Of a stretch of DNA of 60,273 bases, positions 26,366 through 35,282 are shown piece after piece; position 1 is the stretch's first letter, and every line of letters starts with the position of its first letter. Origin of the DNA: an uncultured Clostridium sp. (GTDB taxonomy: Bacteria; Bacillota; Clostridia; Oscillospirales; CAG-272); the NCBI GenBank assembly GCA_964427175.1, contig CAYRTP010000002.1, positions 12,084 through 72,356 on the forward strand, written 5' to 3'. The notes beneath the pieces are model-generated. The model worked only from the letters and a program-made list of their open reading frames with translations. It ran no database searches and was not told where the DNA came from. The position numbers were made by a program, and so were the translations under genes.

Positions 26366-28513
26366 ATGAACACCCCCGTCCGCAATCCGCATATATCCCG
26401 CCTGTGGGGGCTGGGGGTGGCTTTTTTGCTGGTCTGCGCGCTCTATATTGTCCGCCTGGCGGCCCTGGAGCTGACCCCCGAGAACATCGGCGGCCACAAG
26501 CAGGACGGCACCACCAGCCGTACCGTCATCGTCCAGGCGGTCCGCGGGCAGATCTACGACCGCAACGGCGTGCCGCTGGTGGTCAACGATTACACCTACC
26601 ATCTGACCATGGACTATTCGGTGCTCCCCTCGGATCAGAACGAACGCAACCGCGCCATCCTGCAAGCCCTGTATATGCTGGAGGAGTGCGGCCAGGTGGG
26701 TCAGTTCTGCACCTACGATTTCCCCTTTGAGGGCTACTACCCCGACTACACCTACCGTTCGGTGGCCTCGGATCCCGTTTCCAACACATACGGTACGGTC
26801 ACCGAGGTGATCCGCACCAACGGTCTGCGCAGAGAGGCCATCCTGCGGATCAAGAGCGACCGCCACATGAACACCGCCGAGGCTACAGACCTCTACGAGT
26901 CGGCTCCCCTGGAGCACATCACGGCCGAACGTCTGACCGACTATTTCGTGGAGGAATACGAGCTGGATGCCACCGACAGCCACGGCACCCCCCTGTTCTC
27001 CGACGCGGACATCGACCGCCTCATCCGAGTCCTGTGGGGCATGGAGGCGGTGGGGTTCTCCCGCGTCAACGATTACGTCATGGCCCGAAACGTGACCATG
27101 GAGACCATCACCTGCGAAAAAGAGCTGGGCATCCCCGGCATCGGCTTTACAACCGACGTGACCCGTGTGTATTGCTATCCCGGCATCGCCTCCCATATCC
27201 TGGGTCAGACGGGTCCCATCTACGCCGAGGAGTGGGCCTACTACAAGGACCTGGGCTACTCCATGAACGCCATCGTGGGTAAATCCGGCTGTGAGGCTGC
27301 CTTTGAGAAGTATCTCCACGGACAGGACGGTGTCAAGGTCATCGTGGAGGACGAGGACGGCCACATCGTGGAGGAGTACATGAAGACCCCCGCCGTGGCG
27401 GGACAGGACGTGTACCTGACCATCGACATCAACCTTCAGATCGCCGCCGAGGAGGCCCTGGCCGAGAACATCGCCTACATCCGTGCCACATTTGAGCGCG
27501 AGGACTGCGAAAAGGGAGCCATCGTAGCCATGGATCCCCGCAACGGCGAGGTGCTGGCTATTGCCTCCTATCCTACCTACGATCTGACCACCTTCAATCA
27601 GGATTACAATGACCTGGCGGCCAACTCCGCCCAGCCCCTCTTGAATCGGGCCTTGAGCGGTCTGTACGCCCCCGGCTCCACCTTCAAGCCGGGCATGGTG
27701 GCCGCCGCCCTGATGGAGGGTGTGGTCACCGCCTCCACCACCCTGGAGTGCGCGGGCACCTACACCTACTACAAGAGCTACCAGCCCGATTGTTGGATCC
27801 ACAACAGTAGCAGTAGCACCATACGCCAGCACGGCTGGATCAACGCCGCCGAGGCCCTGCGGGTCTCCTGCAACTGCTATTTCTACGAGGTGGGACGGCT
27901 TTTGGGTATTCAGAACATGAACCTCTACAGCCGCCTGTTCGGCCTGGGGGAGTCCACGGGCATTGAACTGGGCGAGCAGAAGGGCTCCCTGGCGGGTCCC
28001 GACCACCGCGCGGACCTCCACGGGCTGGAGTGGCAACCCACCGACACCATCGCCGCCGCCATCGGCCAGTCGGACAACGCCTTTACTCCCCTGCAGTTGG
28101 GTGTTTACCTGTCCACCCTGGTCAACGGCGGGGACCGCTACGCCGCCCACTTGCTCTATCGGGTGCGGGATTTCACCACCCATCGGGACGTGGTGACCTC
28201 CGCGACCCAGTTGGTCAGCTCCTTCACCCTCCCCGATGCCCATCGTCTGACCATTATCGAGGGCATGGAGCAGATGGTGGCCACCTCAAGCTCGGTGAGT
28301 CGCTATATGCGAAACGTCCCCGTGACCGTAGCGGGCAAGACGGGTACCGCCCAGACGGGCTCGACCTCCACCGAAAACGGTCTGTTCGTCTGCTGTGCCC
28401 CCTCCCGCAACCCCGAGATCGTGGTGGTCTCGGTCATCGAGCGGGCAGGCGGCGGCTCCTACTCCGCCATGTCGGCTGGGGCGGTACTGGAGGCGTACTA
28501 TAAGAACAAATGA
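26366..28513 (+). CDS. mrdA: Penicillin-binding protein 2 (peptidoglycan D,D-transpeptidase)
   Basis: N-terminal TM, RGQIYDRNG, STFKP, SCN, KTGTA motifs. Confidence 0.88.
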   Translation: MNTPVRNPHISRLWGLGVAFLLVCALYIVRLAALELTPENIGGHKQDGTTSRTVIVQAVRGQIYDRNGVPLVVNDYTYHLTMDYSVLPSDQNERNRAILQALYMLEECGQVGQFCTYDFPFEGYYPDYTYRSVASDPVSNTYGTVTEVIRTNGLRREAILRIKSDRHMNTAEATDLYESAPLEHITAERLTDYFVEEYELDATDSHGTPLFSDADIDRLIRVLWGMEAVGFSRVNDYVMARNVTMETITCEKELGIPGIGFTTDVTRVYCYPGIASHILGQTGPIYAEEWAYYKDLGYSMNAIVGKSGCEAAFEKYLHGQDGVKVIVEDEDGHIVEEYMKTPAVAGQDVYLTIDINLQIAAEEALAENIAYIRATFEREDCEKGAIVAMDPRNGEVLAIASYPTYDLTTFNQDYNDLAANSAQPLLNRALSGLYAPGSTFKPGMVAAALMEGVVTASTTLECAGTYTYYKSYQPDCWIHNSSSSTIRQHGWINAAEALRVSCNCYFYEVGRLLGIQNMNLYSRLFGLGESTGIELGEQKGSLAGPDHRADLHGLEWQPTDTIAAAIGQSDNAFTPLQLGVYLSTLVNGGDRYAAHLLYRVRDFTTHRDVVTSATQLVSSFTLPDAHRLTIIEGMEQMVATSSSVSRYMRNVPVTVAGKTGTAQTGSTSTENGLFVCCAPSRNPEIVVVSVIERAGGGSYSAMSAGAVLEAYYKNK

Positions 28514-28569
28514 GACGGGAGTTTACATTCCCTTCATAAAAATGCGTATCATATAGGAAAGGACATCCC

Positions 28570-28917
28570 ATGGAACAAAAACGCTTTTCCAAGCTGGACG
28601 ACGGCTTCACCTGCGTCCATTGCGGCCGCGAGGTCAAGCCCCTGGGCTACTCTTCCCGCAATCATTGCCCCTTCTGCCTGTGGTCCCGTCACGTGGACAT
28701 CAACCCGGGTGACCGCGCCAACCCCTGCGGCGGCGACTTGGAGCCCATCTCCGCAGAGCCCGATCCCAAAAAGGGTTACATCATCATCTCCAAGTGCCAA
28801 AAATGCGGCGAGATCCGCCGTTGCCGCGCCGCCCACGAGGCCAAGGTACAGCCCGATGACCTTATGCTCATCATTCAGTTGACCGCAAGAGGGAAGGCTG
28901 AGAGGCCGAAAAGATAA
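28570..28917 (+). CDS. RNHCP domain protein
   Basis: FTCVHCG...SRNHCPFCLWSRHVD...CGG...KCQKCGE. Confidence 0.8.
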   Translation: MEQKRFSKLDDGFTCVHCGREVKPLGYSSRNHCPFCLWSRHVDINPGDRANPCGGDLEPISAEPDPKKGYIIISKCQKCGEIRRCRAAHEAKVQPDDLMLIIQLTARGKAERPKR

Positions 28918-28971
28918 GGGGGCACTGGGCAGAGCCTTGATTCCCCCAATACAAAAAAAGGACACAAAACC

Positions 28972-29481
28972 ATGAAATCATTACTTCAAACCAAAGGTAA
29001 GCTCCTGGGCGTGGATTTTGGCGACAAACGCACGGGACTGGCCATATCCAACGATATGCGGACCCTGGCATCGGGCATCACCCAGATTTCGGTGGGGGGG
29101 ATGCAAAAGACCGCCGCCGCGGTGGCCGAGGCCGCCCGTGAGCGGGGCGTGGTCGGTGTGGTGGTGGGGCTTCCCGTCAACATGGACGGCTCCCACGGCC
29201 CCCGCGCCCAGCACGCCGAGAAGTTTGCGGGGCTCCTGACTGAGCGGCTTTCTGAGCTGGGGGTGGAGATCCCCGTGGTGATGCAGGACGAGCGCATGAC
29301 CACCATGGCCGCCTCTCGCTACCTCAACGAGACTGACACCCGCGGTTCCAAGCGCAAAGGGGTCATCGATACCCTCTCGGCCGAGATCATCCTGCAAAAC
29401 GCCCTGGATAAGCTCCGCTTCATGAAGGAGCGGGAGCAGACCGAACAAAATCAATCTACATCCACGGAGGAACAAGCATGA
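28972..29481 (+). CDS. ruvX: Holliday junction resolvase-like RuvX/YqgF
   Basis: LLGVDFGDKRTGLAIS, DERMTT, SAEIILQ. Confidence 0.88.
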   Translation: MKSLLQTKGKLLGVDFGDKRTGLAISNDMRTLASGITQISVGGMQKTAAAVAEAARERGVVGVVVGLPVNMDGSHGPRAQHAEKFAGLLTERLSELGVEIPVVMQDERMTTMAASRYLNETDTRGSKRKGVIDTLSAEIILQNALDKLRFMKEREQTEQNQSTSTEEQA

Positions 29482-30227
29482 GCGAGCACAGAAGGGAATC
29501 GCTTCCCATCCGCATCATCAAGATCATTGTTAAGGCCATCGGCTACACCCTGGTGTTCGGTACCACCATCTTCTTTTTGTGGCGGGCTTTTATCTCCACC
29601 AATATTCCCGACGAAGTAGACGGCCTGTCCCCCAACCCCGCGCTCCATGCCGCTTGGCAGGCCGCCCGCGACGGGGGTGAGGAGCTGACCTACTTCACCC
29701 AGGAGCAGAACGAGACCACCACCGCCGAGCATAACTACAGCTACTTTACCGCCAAGGAGGTCTCCTTTATCGAGTCCGCCAACCAGATCCAGGTGCTGTT
29801 CCGCTACAATAACGCCACCATCCGCAGTCTGGCCGAGGACTACGACCTCCCCGCCATTCCCGACCGTGAGGCAGAGCTCTATGACGTGACCCTCTACGTG
29901 GCCTACGATCTGACCCCCAACGATCTGACCGATAACGACGGCAATGACCCCGAGAGCGTTAAGTTCGTCCGCTATTTCCCCTCCTCCACCGAGTCGGCCT
30001 CCACCCTCATGTACAACTACCGCCGTCTGACCTTTGACGGCGTGGATATGACGGTCACCGACAACCCCGTCCTGGCGGTCTACGTGGACGTGTACTACGT
30101 GGAGGACATCGACTATGAGAAGGACTCCTACGGTACCCTCTGCATCTACGATTACATCACCGAAAAGCAGTATTACAATTTCAGTAAGTCCGAGATCAAG
30201 GCATTGGAGAGTTACGTGGCTCCTTGA
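29478..30227 (+). CDS. Membrane-anchored hypothetical protein
   Basis: ATGA overlap with ruvX; single N-terminal helix IGYTLVFGTTIFFLW; no recognised family. Confidence 0.55.
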   Translation: MSEHRRESLPIRIIKIIVKAIGYTLVFGTTIFFLWRAFISTNIPDEVDGLSPNPALHAAWQAARDGGEELTYFTQEQNETTTAEHNYSYFTAKEVSFIESANQIQVLFRYNNATIRSLAEDYDLPAIPDREAELYDVTLYVAYDLTPNDLTDNDGNDPESVKFVRYFPSSTESASTLMYNYRRLTFDGVDMTVTDNPVLAVYVDVYYVEDIDYEKDSYGTLCIYDYITEKQYYNFSKSEIKALESYVAP

Positions 30228-30245
30228 ACCGCGCCGTTATATACG

Positions 30246-30276
30246 AAAACTGCCCCTTACGCCGAGGGGCAGTTTT
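30246..30276. terminator. Bidirectional terminator between convergent genes
   Basis: aaaactgcccc-ttacgccga-ggggcagtttt. Confidence 0.8.
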
Positions 30277-30280
30277 GACT

Positions 30281-30965
30281 TTATTGAAAATCGTTATTCC
30301 ATCCCCCATTCGAGGACTTGGCAGAGTCCTCGGTGTGGGTGAAATAGTCGTATTCACCGTTGCCGCCGTAGCCGTCCACAATGGGATTCTCGTAGACGGG
30401 ATGGTTGCGGGACAGCACGAACAGGACAATGGGCACCGCTACGCTGACAAATACCGAGAGCACCGTCAGTCCCACCGCGCTGTCGGGGGAAAACAGCTTG
30501 TAGATCTTGTACAGCACGATGTAGTAGTACACCATAAACACGATCTCCAGGGCGTACAGGGGGATCATGAGCAGAAAGACCCAACTCAGTGCCTCGGGGC
30601 GGACGGCCTCTGCCGCGTTGATGGAGGGGGCGGTATAGAAGTCCTCCGAGACACCCTGCGTCATGATGACGATAAAGGCCACGAAGAACAGCGCTAAGAA
30701 CACGATAAACGCGATGGTCCAGATCAACAGCTTGCGGCGGTAATGCTTGTCACGGCCCTCGTTGCGGGTGGCCTGATGGTCAGCCACGGCACCCAGCGCG
30801 TAGTAGTTGCAGAGGGGCACCCAAGCGGTCCAGGCGTGGGGGAGCCCCGTAGCCCGCATCATGCGGTAGGTACCCAGGGCCTGGCCTACGTAGATCAGGG
30901 CGTACACACCGAAAATAATCAAGAAAAAAGAAGGCGAAAAGGAAAAAAGAGAAAATGGTTCCCAT
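30281..30965 (-). pseudogene. Multi-pass membrane protein whose RBS-proximal ATG is out of frame with the long ORF (1-nt frameshift in an A6/T6 run)
   Basis: ggagg 30975-30979, 9 nt, ATG 30965 reads MGTIFSFFLFAFFF then nonsense. The long ORF frame (…FLIIFGVYALIYVGQ…) has no good start. The span is 685 nt (3n+1). Confidence 0.5.
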
Positions 30966-30999
30966 AGAAATTTACCTCCGTATGTAGTGTAATTGGAAA

Positions 31000-32325
31000 T
31001 CAACAGCAGATCCACAGCCCCACCAGAGCCGCGGTCAGAGCGGGGACTGCCACCGTCGCGCCGTACTTGACGAAGCGGACGAAGGAGAAGGGAACCCCGT
31101 GGTCGTGGAGCTGACCCGTCCACATGATGCCCGCCAGGGCACTCGTGGGGGTGAAGAAGGCACCGAGATTGGAGCCGATCACCGCCGCGTACAGACCCGC
31201 CGTGGTGAGAGCCCCCGCCTCCATACTGCTGATGACCGAGCTGTACAGCACGCTCATGGGGATGTTGTTGACCACGTTGGCGGCGAAGAAGGAGCTGACA
31301 CCGAAGGAGGCCACGGTCCCGCCCACCGTCTCGGGGGTGGAGAGGAAGCCGCCCAGGGCGTTGGTGATGCCGTACTTATCCAGGGCCAGCACCAGGATGA
31401 ACATGGAAATGACGAAGGGAGCCAGGTCCCAGGGGGCGCGGATGATGCATCGGGCAATGAGGAAGATACCCCGTCGGCGGAAAAAGCTGATGGCCATGGT
31501 GAAGACCAGCAAGCTCACAAAGAACAGGCAGGTAATCAGCCACATGGGGAGGTTGATGAACGAGGATACCGACAGAAGCAGGATGCAACCGCCCAGATGG
31601 ACCAGTCCCACCACCTCGGTGGGGAGATCTACGCGGGGCGCGGGGGAATCCTCGGGGTTGAGGGGATCCTTCAGCTTCTTGCGGAACAATAAGTAGAGCA
31701 CGCCCAGGGAGACCAGGCCCGCCAGGACGGTGGGCAGGATCATGCGGGCGGTGTAGGCGGGGAAGGAAACCCCCGTGCCGCTCATGAGGTAGATGTTGGT
31801 GGGGTTGCCGATGATGAGGGCCATGCTCCAGGTGTTGGCCGCCACGAACTCGGACACCAGGTAGGGCAGGGGATCAATGCGGGCACTCTTGGCGAAATGG
31901 CAGATGAAGGGGGTGAAGGTCAGCACGATGATGTCGTTGGAGGTGAATACCGTCAGCACCGACACCAGGGCGTAGAGCAGGAAGAACAGGGTGATCTGGC
32001 TCCCCTTGGCCCGCGCCAGCACCTTGTGGGCCAGCAGGCGGAAGAATCCGATCTCGTCCAGGTAGACCGACATCATGGTCATGGAGAAGAACAGAAGCAG
32101 GATCTTGATGGGGTTCACGTCTCCCGCGGCGGTCAGCCCCGAGGCGATTTCGGAGGGGGTAATGTAGCCTCCGATCATCAGCGCGACCGCACCCAAGAGG
32201 GGTGCCAGCCAGAAGATGCTGATCTTTTTTCCGCCGATCATCACCGAGGGCTTGGCGAACACCAGGGCGATCAGGGCGGCGCAGGTAATCAAAAAGAGAA
32301 TGAGAACGGCGATGGTGGGGGACAT
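31000..32325 (-). CDS. ArsB/NhaD (CitMHS-like) family permease
   Basis: MSPTIAVLILFLI..., FFSMTMMSVYLDEIGFF, NDIIVLTFTP, GNPTNIYL. Confidence 0.75.
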   Translation of the reverse strand: MSPTIAVLILFLITCAALIALVFAKPSVMIGGKKISIFWLAPLLGAVALMIGGYITPSEIASGLTAAGDVNPIKILLLFFSMTMMSVYLDEIGFFRLLAHKVLARAKGSQITLFFLLYALVSVLTVFTSNDIIVLTFTPFICHFAKSARIDPLPYLVSEFVAANTWSMALIIGNPTNIYLMSGTGVSFPAYTARMILPTVLAGLVSLGVLYLLFRKKLKDPLNPEDSPAPRVDLPTEVVGLVHLGGCILLLSVSSFINLPMWLITCLFFVSLLVFTMAISFFRRRGIFLIARCIIRAPWDLAPFVISMFILVLALDKYGITNALGGFLSTPETVGGTVASFGVSSFFAANVVNNIPMSVLYSSVISSMEAGALTTAGLYAAVIGSNLGAFFTPTSALAGIMWTGQLHDHGVPFSFVRFVKYGATVAVPALTAALVGLWICC

Positions 32326-32389
32326 GGGGGGACCTACCTTTCGTGATGCCGATTTTGATATGCTTTCGTCTTGTGGCACAAACGGGAAT

Positions 32390-32418
32390 ATTGTAGCACA
32401 GGCCGGGAAAAATGTCAA
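32390..32418 (-). promoter_or_regulatory. Promoter of ArsB/NhaD-family gene
   Basis: Minus strand ttgaca, 17 nt, tacaat. Confidence 0.65.
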
Positions 32419-32456
32419 GCGGGTACAAGAAAAAAGGGGCTTTTTGAGAAAAATAC

Positions 32457-32485
32457 TTGACAAATCTGTCGGGTTGTGGCATAAT
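32457..32485 (+). promoter_or_regulatory. Consensus promoter driving a short plus-strand transcript into the shared terminator
   Basis: ttgaca, 17 nt, cataat. Confidence 0.65.
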
Positions 32486-32491
32486 ATAGAC

Positions 32492-32635
32492 GGTCTCTTG
32501 ACCCTTAGGGGTTACCTGTTCTGCGCTCGCAGAACAACGGTGGCGGCCTGCTTCCTCTGAAACGGTTGTAATCTGAACAATAACAAAAAGAAATAACCGC
32601 CTACAACCTCGCACGTTAAGACGGTTATTTTTAAC
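32492..32635 (+). ncRNA. Candidate ~145-nt transcript, convergent partner of sRNA copy B, carrying a decayed small-peptide frame
   Basis: Bounded by promoter 32457-32485 and hairpin aaataaccg/cggttattt + tttt. Frame TTG 32498 … TGA 32558-32560 … NLNNNKKK TAA 32594-32596. Confidence 0.4.
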
Positions 32636-32671
32636 TTGTAAGGGTAGCAAGCCGTCAATGGTAGCCCCTTC
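32584..32671 (-). ncRNA. Candidate small RNA, copy B (homolog of 51217-51301)
   Basis: Consensus promoter 32678-32706. 5' ACGAAGGGGCTACCATTGACGGCTTGCTACCC; terminator AAATAACCG…CGGTTATTT + CTTTTT. Confidence 0.55.
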
Positions 32672-32677
32672 GTATTT

Positions 32678-32706
32678 ATTATACCGCAAAGCGTTGGATT
32701 TGTCAA
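32678..32706 (-). promoter_or_regulatory. Promoter of sRNA copy B
   Basis: Minus strand ttgaca, 17 nt, tataat. Confidence 0.7.
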
Positions 32707-32835
32707 CCCCTTTGCGGCATTTTCTTTTCATGCAGATTTTCTCAAAAAATTTTCCAAAAATGCTAACCGTTCCGAAAAACCTTCACTATATAGGCAGATG
32801 CATCTGAAACGTAAATACCCCATCAGGAGGAACCC

Positions 32836-33510
32836 ATGACCGACGAACAGCTGAACCAAACCATCACAGAGGTCTCCAAGACCATCTTCAACTACTGTAT
32901 GGCCAAGACCCCCACCCGCGAGGAGGCGGAGGATCTGTCCCAGGATATCCTGTACGAGCTGGTGAAGTCTTCTAAGAATATCCGCGACGACAACGCCTTT
33001 TACGGCTTTATGTGGGCGGTGGCGGACAACGTCTATAAGCAGTGGTGCCGTAAGCGGGCCCGCAGACCGTACAGCGAGCTGACCGATGACATCCCCGCCG
33101 AGGAGGAGCCCCGCCCCTCGGAAGATGACGCAGACCACGATGTCTACCGTCTGCGCCGTGAGCTTGCCCTGCTTTCGGAGCGGCATCGCCGCGCCACGGT
33201 CCTGCATTATATCCACCGCAAGTCCTGCGCGGAGATTGCCGAGCAGTACCCCCGCGTGCGCGCCATGGCCGAGCGCTTCGTGGCCGATACCCTGAAGCCC
33301 ACCCTGGATCAGCTTCATACCACCCTCGTTACCGTTATGAGGGAGCACACCCCCAAGCACCTGCAGGACCAGGTCGAGCTCATCGCGCACATGGAAAAGC
33401 ACACCAGCGCGGTCTCACTCCCCGCCCTCAGCTTGATCGAGGAAGGAAAGCTCATCCCCAACTGGCACCCCGGAGAGATGCCCACCACCTATATCATTCT
33501 GAACGCATAA
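32836..33510 (+). CDS. Sigma-70 family (ECF-like) RNA polymerase sigma factor with atypical C-terminal part
   Basis: Region 2-like EEAEDLSQDILYEL…FYGFMWAVADNVY; region 4-like RRATVLHYIHRKSCAEIAEQ; ~70 extra C-terminal residues. Confidence 0.55.
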   Translation: MTDEQLNQTITEVSKTIFNYCMAKTPTREEAEDLSQDILYELVKSSKNIRDDNAFYGFMWAVADNVYKQWCRKRARRPYSELTDDIPAEEEPRPSEDDADHDVYRLRRELALLSERHRRATVLHYIHRKSCAEIAEQYPRVRAMAERFVADTLKPTLDQLHTTLVTVMREHTPKHLQDQVELIAHMEKHTSAVSLPALSLIEEGKLIPNWHPGEMPTTYIILNA

Positions 33511-33570
33511 CCCATATCCCATAACAAACAGCCCGCCGGGAACCATCCCGACGGGCTGTCATGTCTTATT

Positions 33571-33673
33571 CAAGGTTCTTGAAGATTCTTAAGGAACTTC
33601 TTGCAAGAAGTTCCTTAAGCGGGTCCAGGGCAGAGCCCTGGCGGGGGTCAGGGGCAGAGCCCCACGCTCTCCC
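33571..33673 (+). repeat. REP family 2, copy c (three hairpins)
   Basis: cttaaggaacttcttgcaagaagttccttaag, ccagggcagagccctgg, ggggcagagcccc. Confidence 0.85.
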
Positions 33674-34531
33674 TCACTCTCTGACCGCCATCTTCCGCGC
33701 GATGCGGATCATGTCCATCAGGGTGCCCAGCATGGGCTCAAACTTGACACCGTAGGTGTGGTTGGCATCACCGCGGGTGTTCTCCATGCAGAGCAGGGTG
33801 TAGTCGGCGGCAATCTTGGCGGCGGTGTAGGCATCCAGACCCTTCAGGAGCGCGCCCACAAAGGCCGAAGCGTACACGTCGCCCGTGCCGTGGCAGTTCT
33901 CGCTGAGACGGCGGTGGCGGTAGTAGGACACCACGCCCGACTCCGAGATCATTACGCCAGTCTCGGAGGGGTGGAAGCCCACGCCCGTGAGGATGATGTT
34001 CTTGGCACCCAGCTTGTGCAGAGCGGTCAGAAGATCGTTGACGTAGACCTCGTCGTAGACCTCGCGGTACTCCATGCCCGTGAGGAAGCAGGCCTCGGTG
34101 ACGTTGGGCAGGAGATAGTCGGCGGTGGCGCAAAGGGTCTTCATGGCCTCCACGTACTCCATGTCAAAGGCGGGGTAGAGCTTACCGTGGTCCGCCATGG
34201 CGGGATCCACGATGCGCAGCCCCTCGGGGGTCAGGGAGCTGTTCATGATGGCCTTGACGTAGTCGATCTGGCGGGTGGAGCCCAGGTAGCCGGTGTAGAC
34301 CGCCTCAAAGCGCAGACCCTCCTTGTTCCAGTGGGTGTTGATGGCGGGCATATCGTCGGTCAGATCGCGGAAGGTGAAGCCGGTAAAGCCCGCCGTGTGG
34401 GTGGACAGCACCGCCGAGGGAAGAATGGCGGTCTCGTGTCCGCAGACGGACAGAATGGGCAGAGCCACGGTCAGAGAGCACTGACCCACGCAGGAAATGT
34501 CTTGGATGGTGAGGATTCTTTTGTATGCCAT
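33674..34531 (-). CDS. pdxK: Pyridoxal/pyridoxamine kinase
   Basis: ILTIQDISCVGQCSL, YTGYLGS, VDPAMADHGKLY, GTGDVYASAF; RBS aaggagg. Confidence 0.85.
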   Translation of the reverse strand: MAYKRILTIQDISCVGQCSLTVALPILSVCGHETAILPSAVLSTHTAGFTGFTFRDLTDDMPAINTHWNKEGLRFEAVYTGYLGSTRQIDYVKAIMNSSLTPEGLRIVDPAMADHGKLYPAFDMEYVEAMKTLCATADYLLPNVTEACFLTGMEYREVYDEVYVNDLLTALHKLGAKNIILTGVGFHPSETGVMISESGVVSYYRHRRLSENCHGTGDVYASAFVGALLKGLDAYTAAKIAADYTLLCMENTRGDANHTYGVKFEPMLGTLMDMIRIARKMAVRE

Positions 34532-34541
34532 AACGGCCTCC

Positions 34542-35078
34542 TTATATAGGCTCCCCGTCAAAGTGGGAGCAGAGTGTGTTCAGGACGTCTCCGATGCGGT
34601 CGGTTTGTGTCTCGTCCACAATGATGTCGGCATAGGCCTCGTACAGAGCGCAACGCTCTTCGTAGAGGTCGCGGAGGGTGTAGCCCTCGGGCATGACCAC
34701 TCCGCGGTGGGTGAAGTTGCCCAGGCGTTTCTCCACCGTCTCGAAGGACAGGCGGAGGTAGACCACGGTGCCCACCGATTTGAAGTGCTCCATGGCGGCC
34801 TTGCTGTAGACCGCGCTCCCGCCCGTGGCGATCACCGAGGGGGTAGCATCCCGCCCCAGGGTCAGGTTGACCCGCTCCTCGATGGCAAGGAAGCCCGCCT
34901 GCCCCTCCTCGCGGATGATGCGGTGGAGACGGCGGCCCTCGGTCTCCTGTATGACCAGGTCGGAGTCCACGAAGCGGTAGCCCAGAGTCTTGGCGGCCAG
35001 TACCCCCACGGTGCTTTTCCCGCAGGCGGGCATACCGATGAGGATGACGTGCTTCTTTTGGTTGGGCTGACGGTTCAT
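34542..35078 (-). CDS. aroK: Shikimate kinase
   Basis: ILIGMPACGKSTVG, FVDSD, ATGGSAV. Confidence 0.88.
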   Translation of the reverse strand: MNRQPNQKKHVILIGMPACGKSTVGVLAAKTLGYRFVDSDLVIQETEGRRLHRIIREEGQAGFLAIEERVNLTLGRDATPSVIATGGSAVYSKAAMEHFKSVGTVVYLRLSFETVEKRLGNFTHRGVVMPEGYTLRDLYEERCALYEAYADIIVDETQTDRIGDVLNTLCSHFDGEPI

Positions 35079-35112
35079 GGCTGGGCCTCCCGAGGATGAT
35101 TTATCACTTTGC

Positions 35113-35141
35113 ATTATACTACTTTTTGGGATGGTTGTCAA
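35113..35141 (-). promoter_or_regulatory. Promoter of aroK-pdxK
   Basis: Minus strand ttgaca, 17 nt, tataat. Confidence 0.75.
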
Positions 35142-35227
35142 GGAATAGATGGTACAAAATTTATAGGGGTGTGGGTGGGGGATTTCGTGGAAAATCGTTG
35201 AAAAACATTGATTTTTTTCGCCAAATA

Positions 35228-35263
35228 TGGTAAAATAGGGCTACCACCCCCTGTGGTAGCCCC
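35228..35263 (-). terminator. Terminator of HTH-TPR regulator gene
   Basis: gggctaccac/gtggtagccc 10-bp stem, then tattttaccat on the minus strand. Confidence 0.7.
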
Positions 35264-35282
35264 GATTTGGGATCAAAGTCAA

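Noticed and set aside
32512-32706. 64-aa minus-strand ORF over sRNA module B
   Set aside because: Its start lies upstream of the -35 box of the only plausible promoter and the ORF reads through the terminator hairpin. The region is better explained as RNA, although an internal TTG-initiated frame cannot be excluded.
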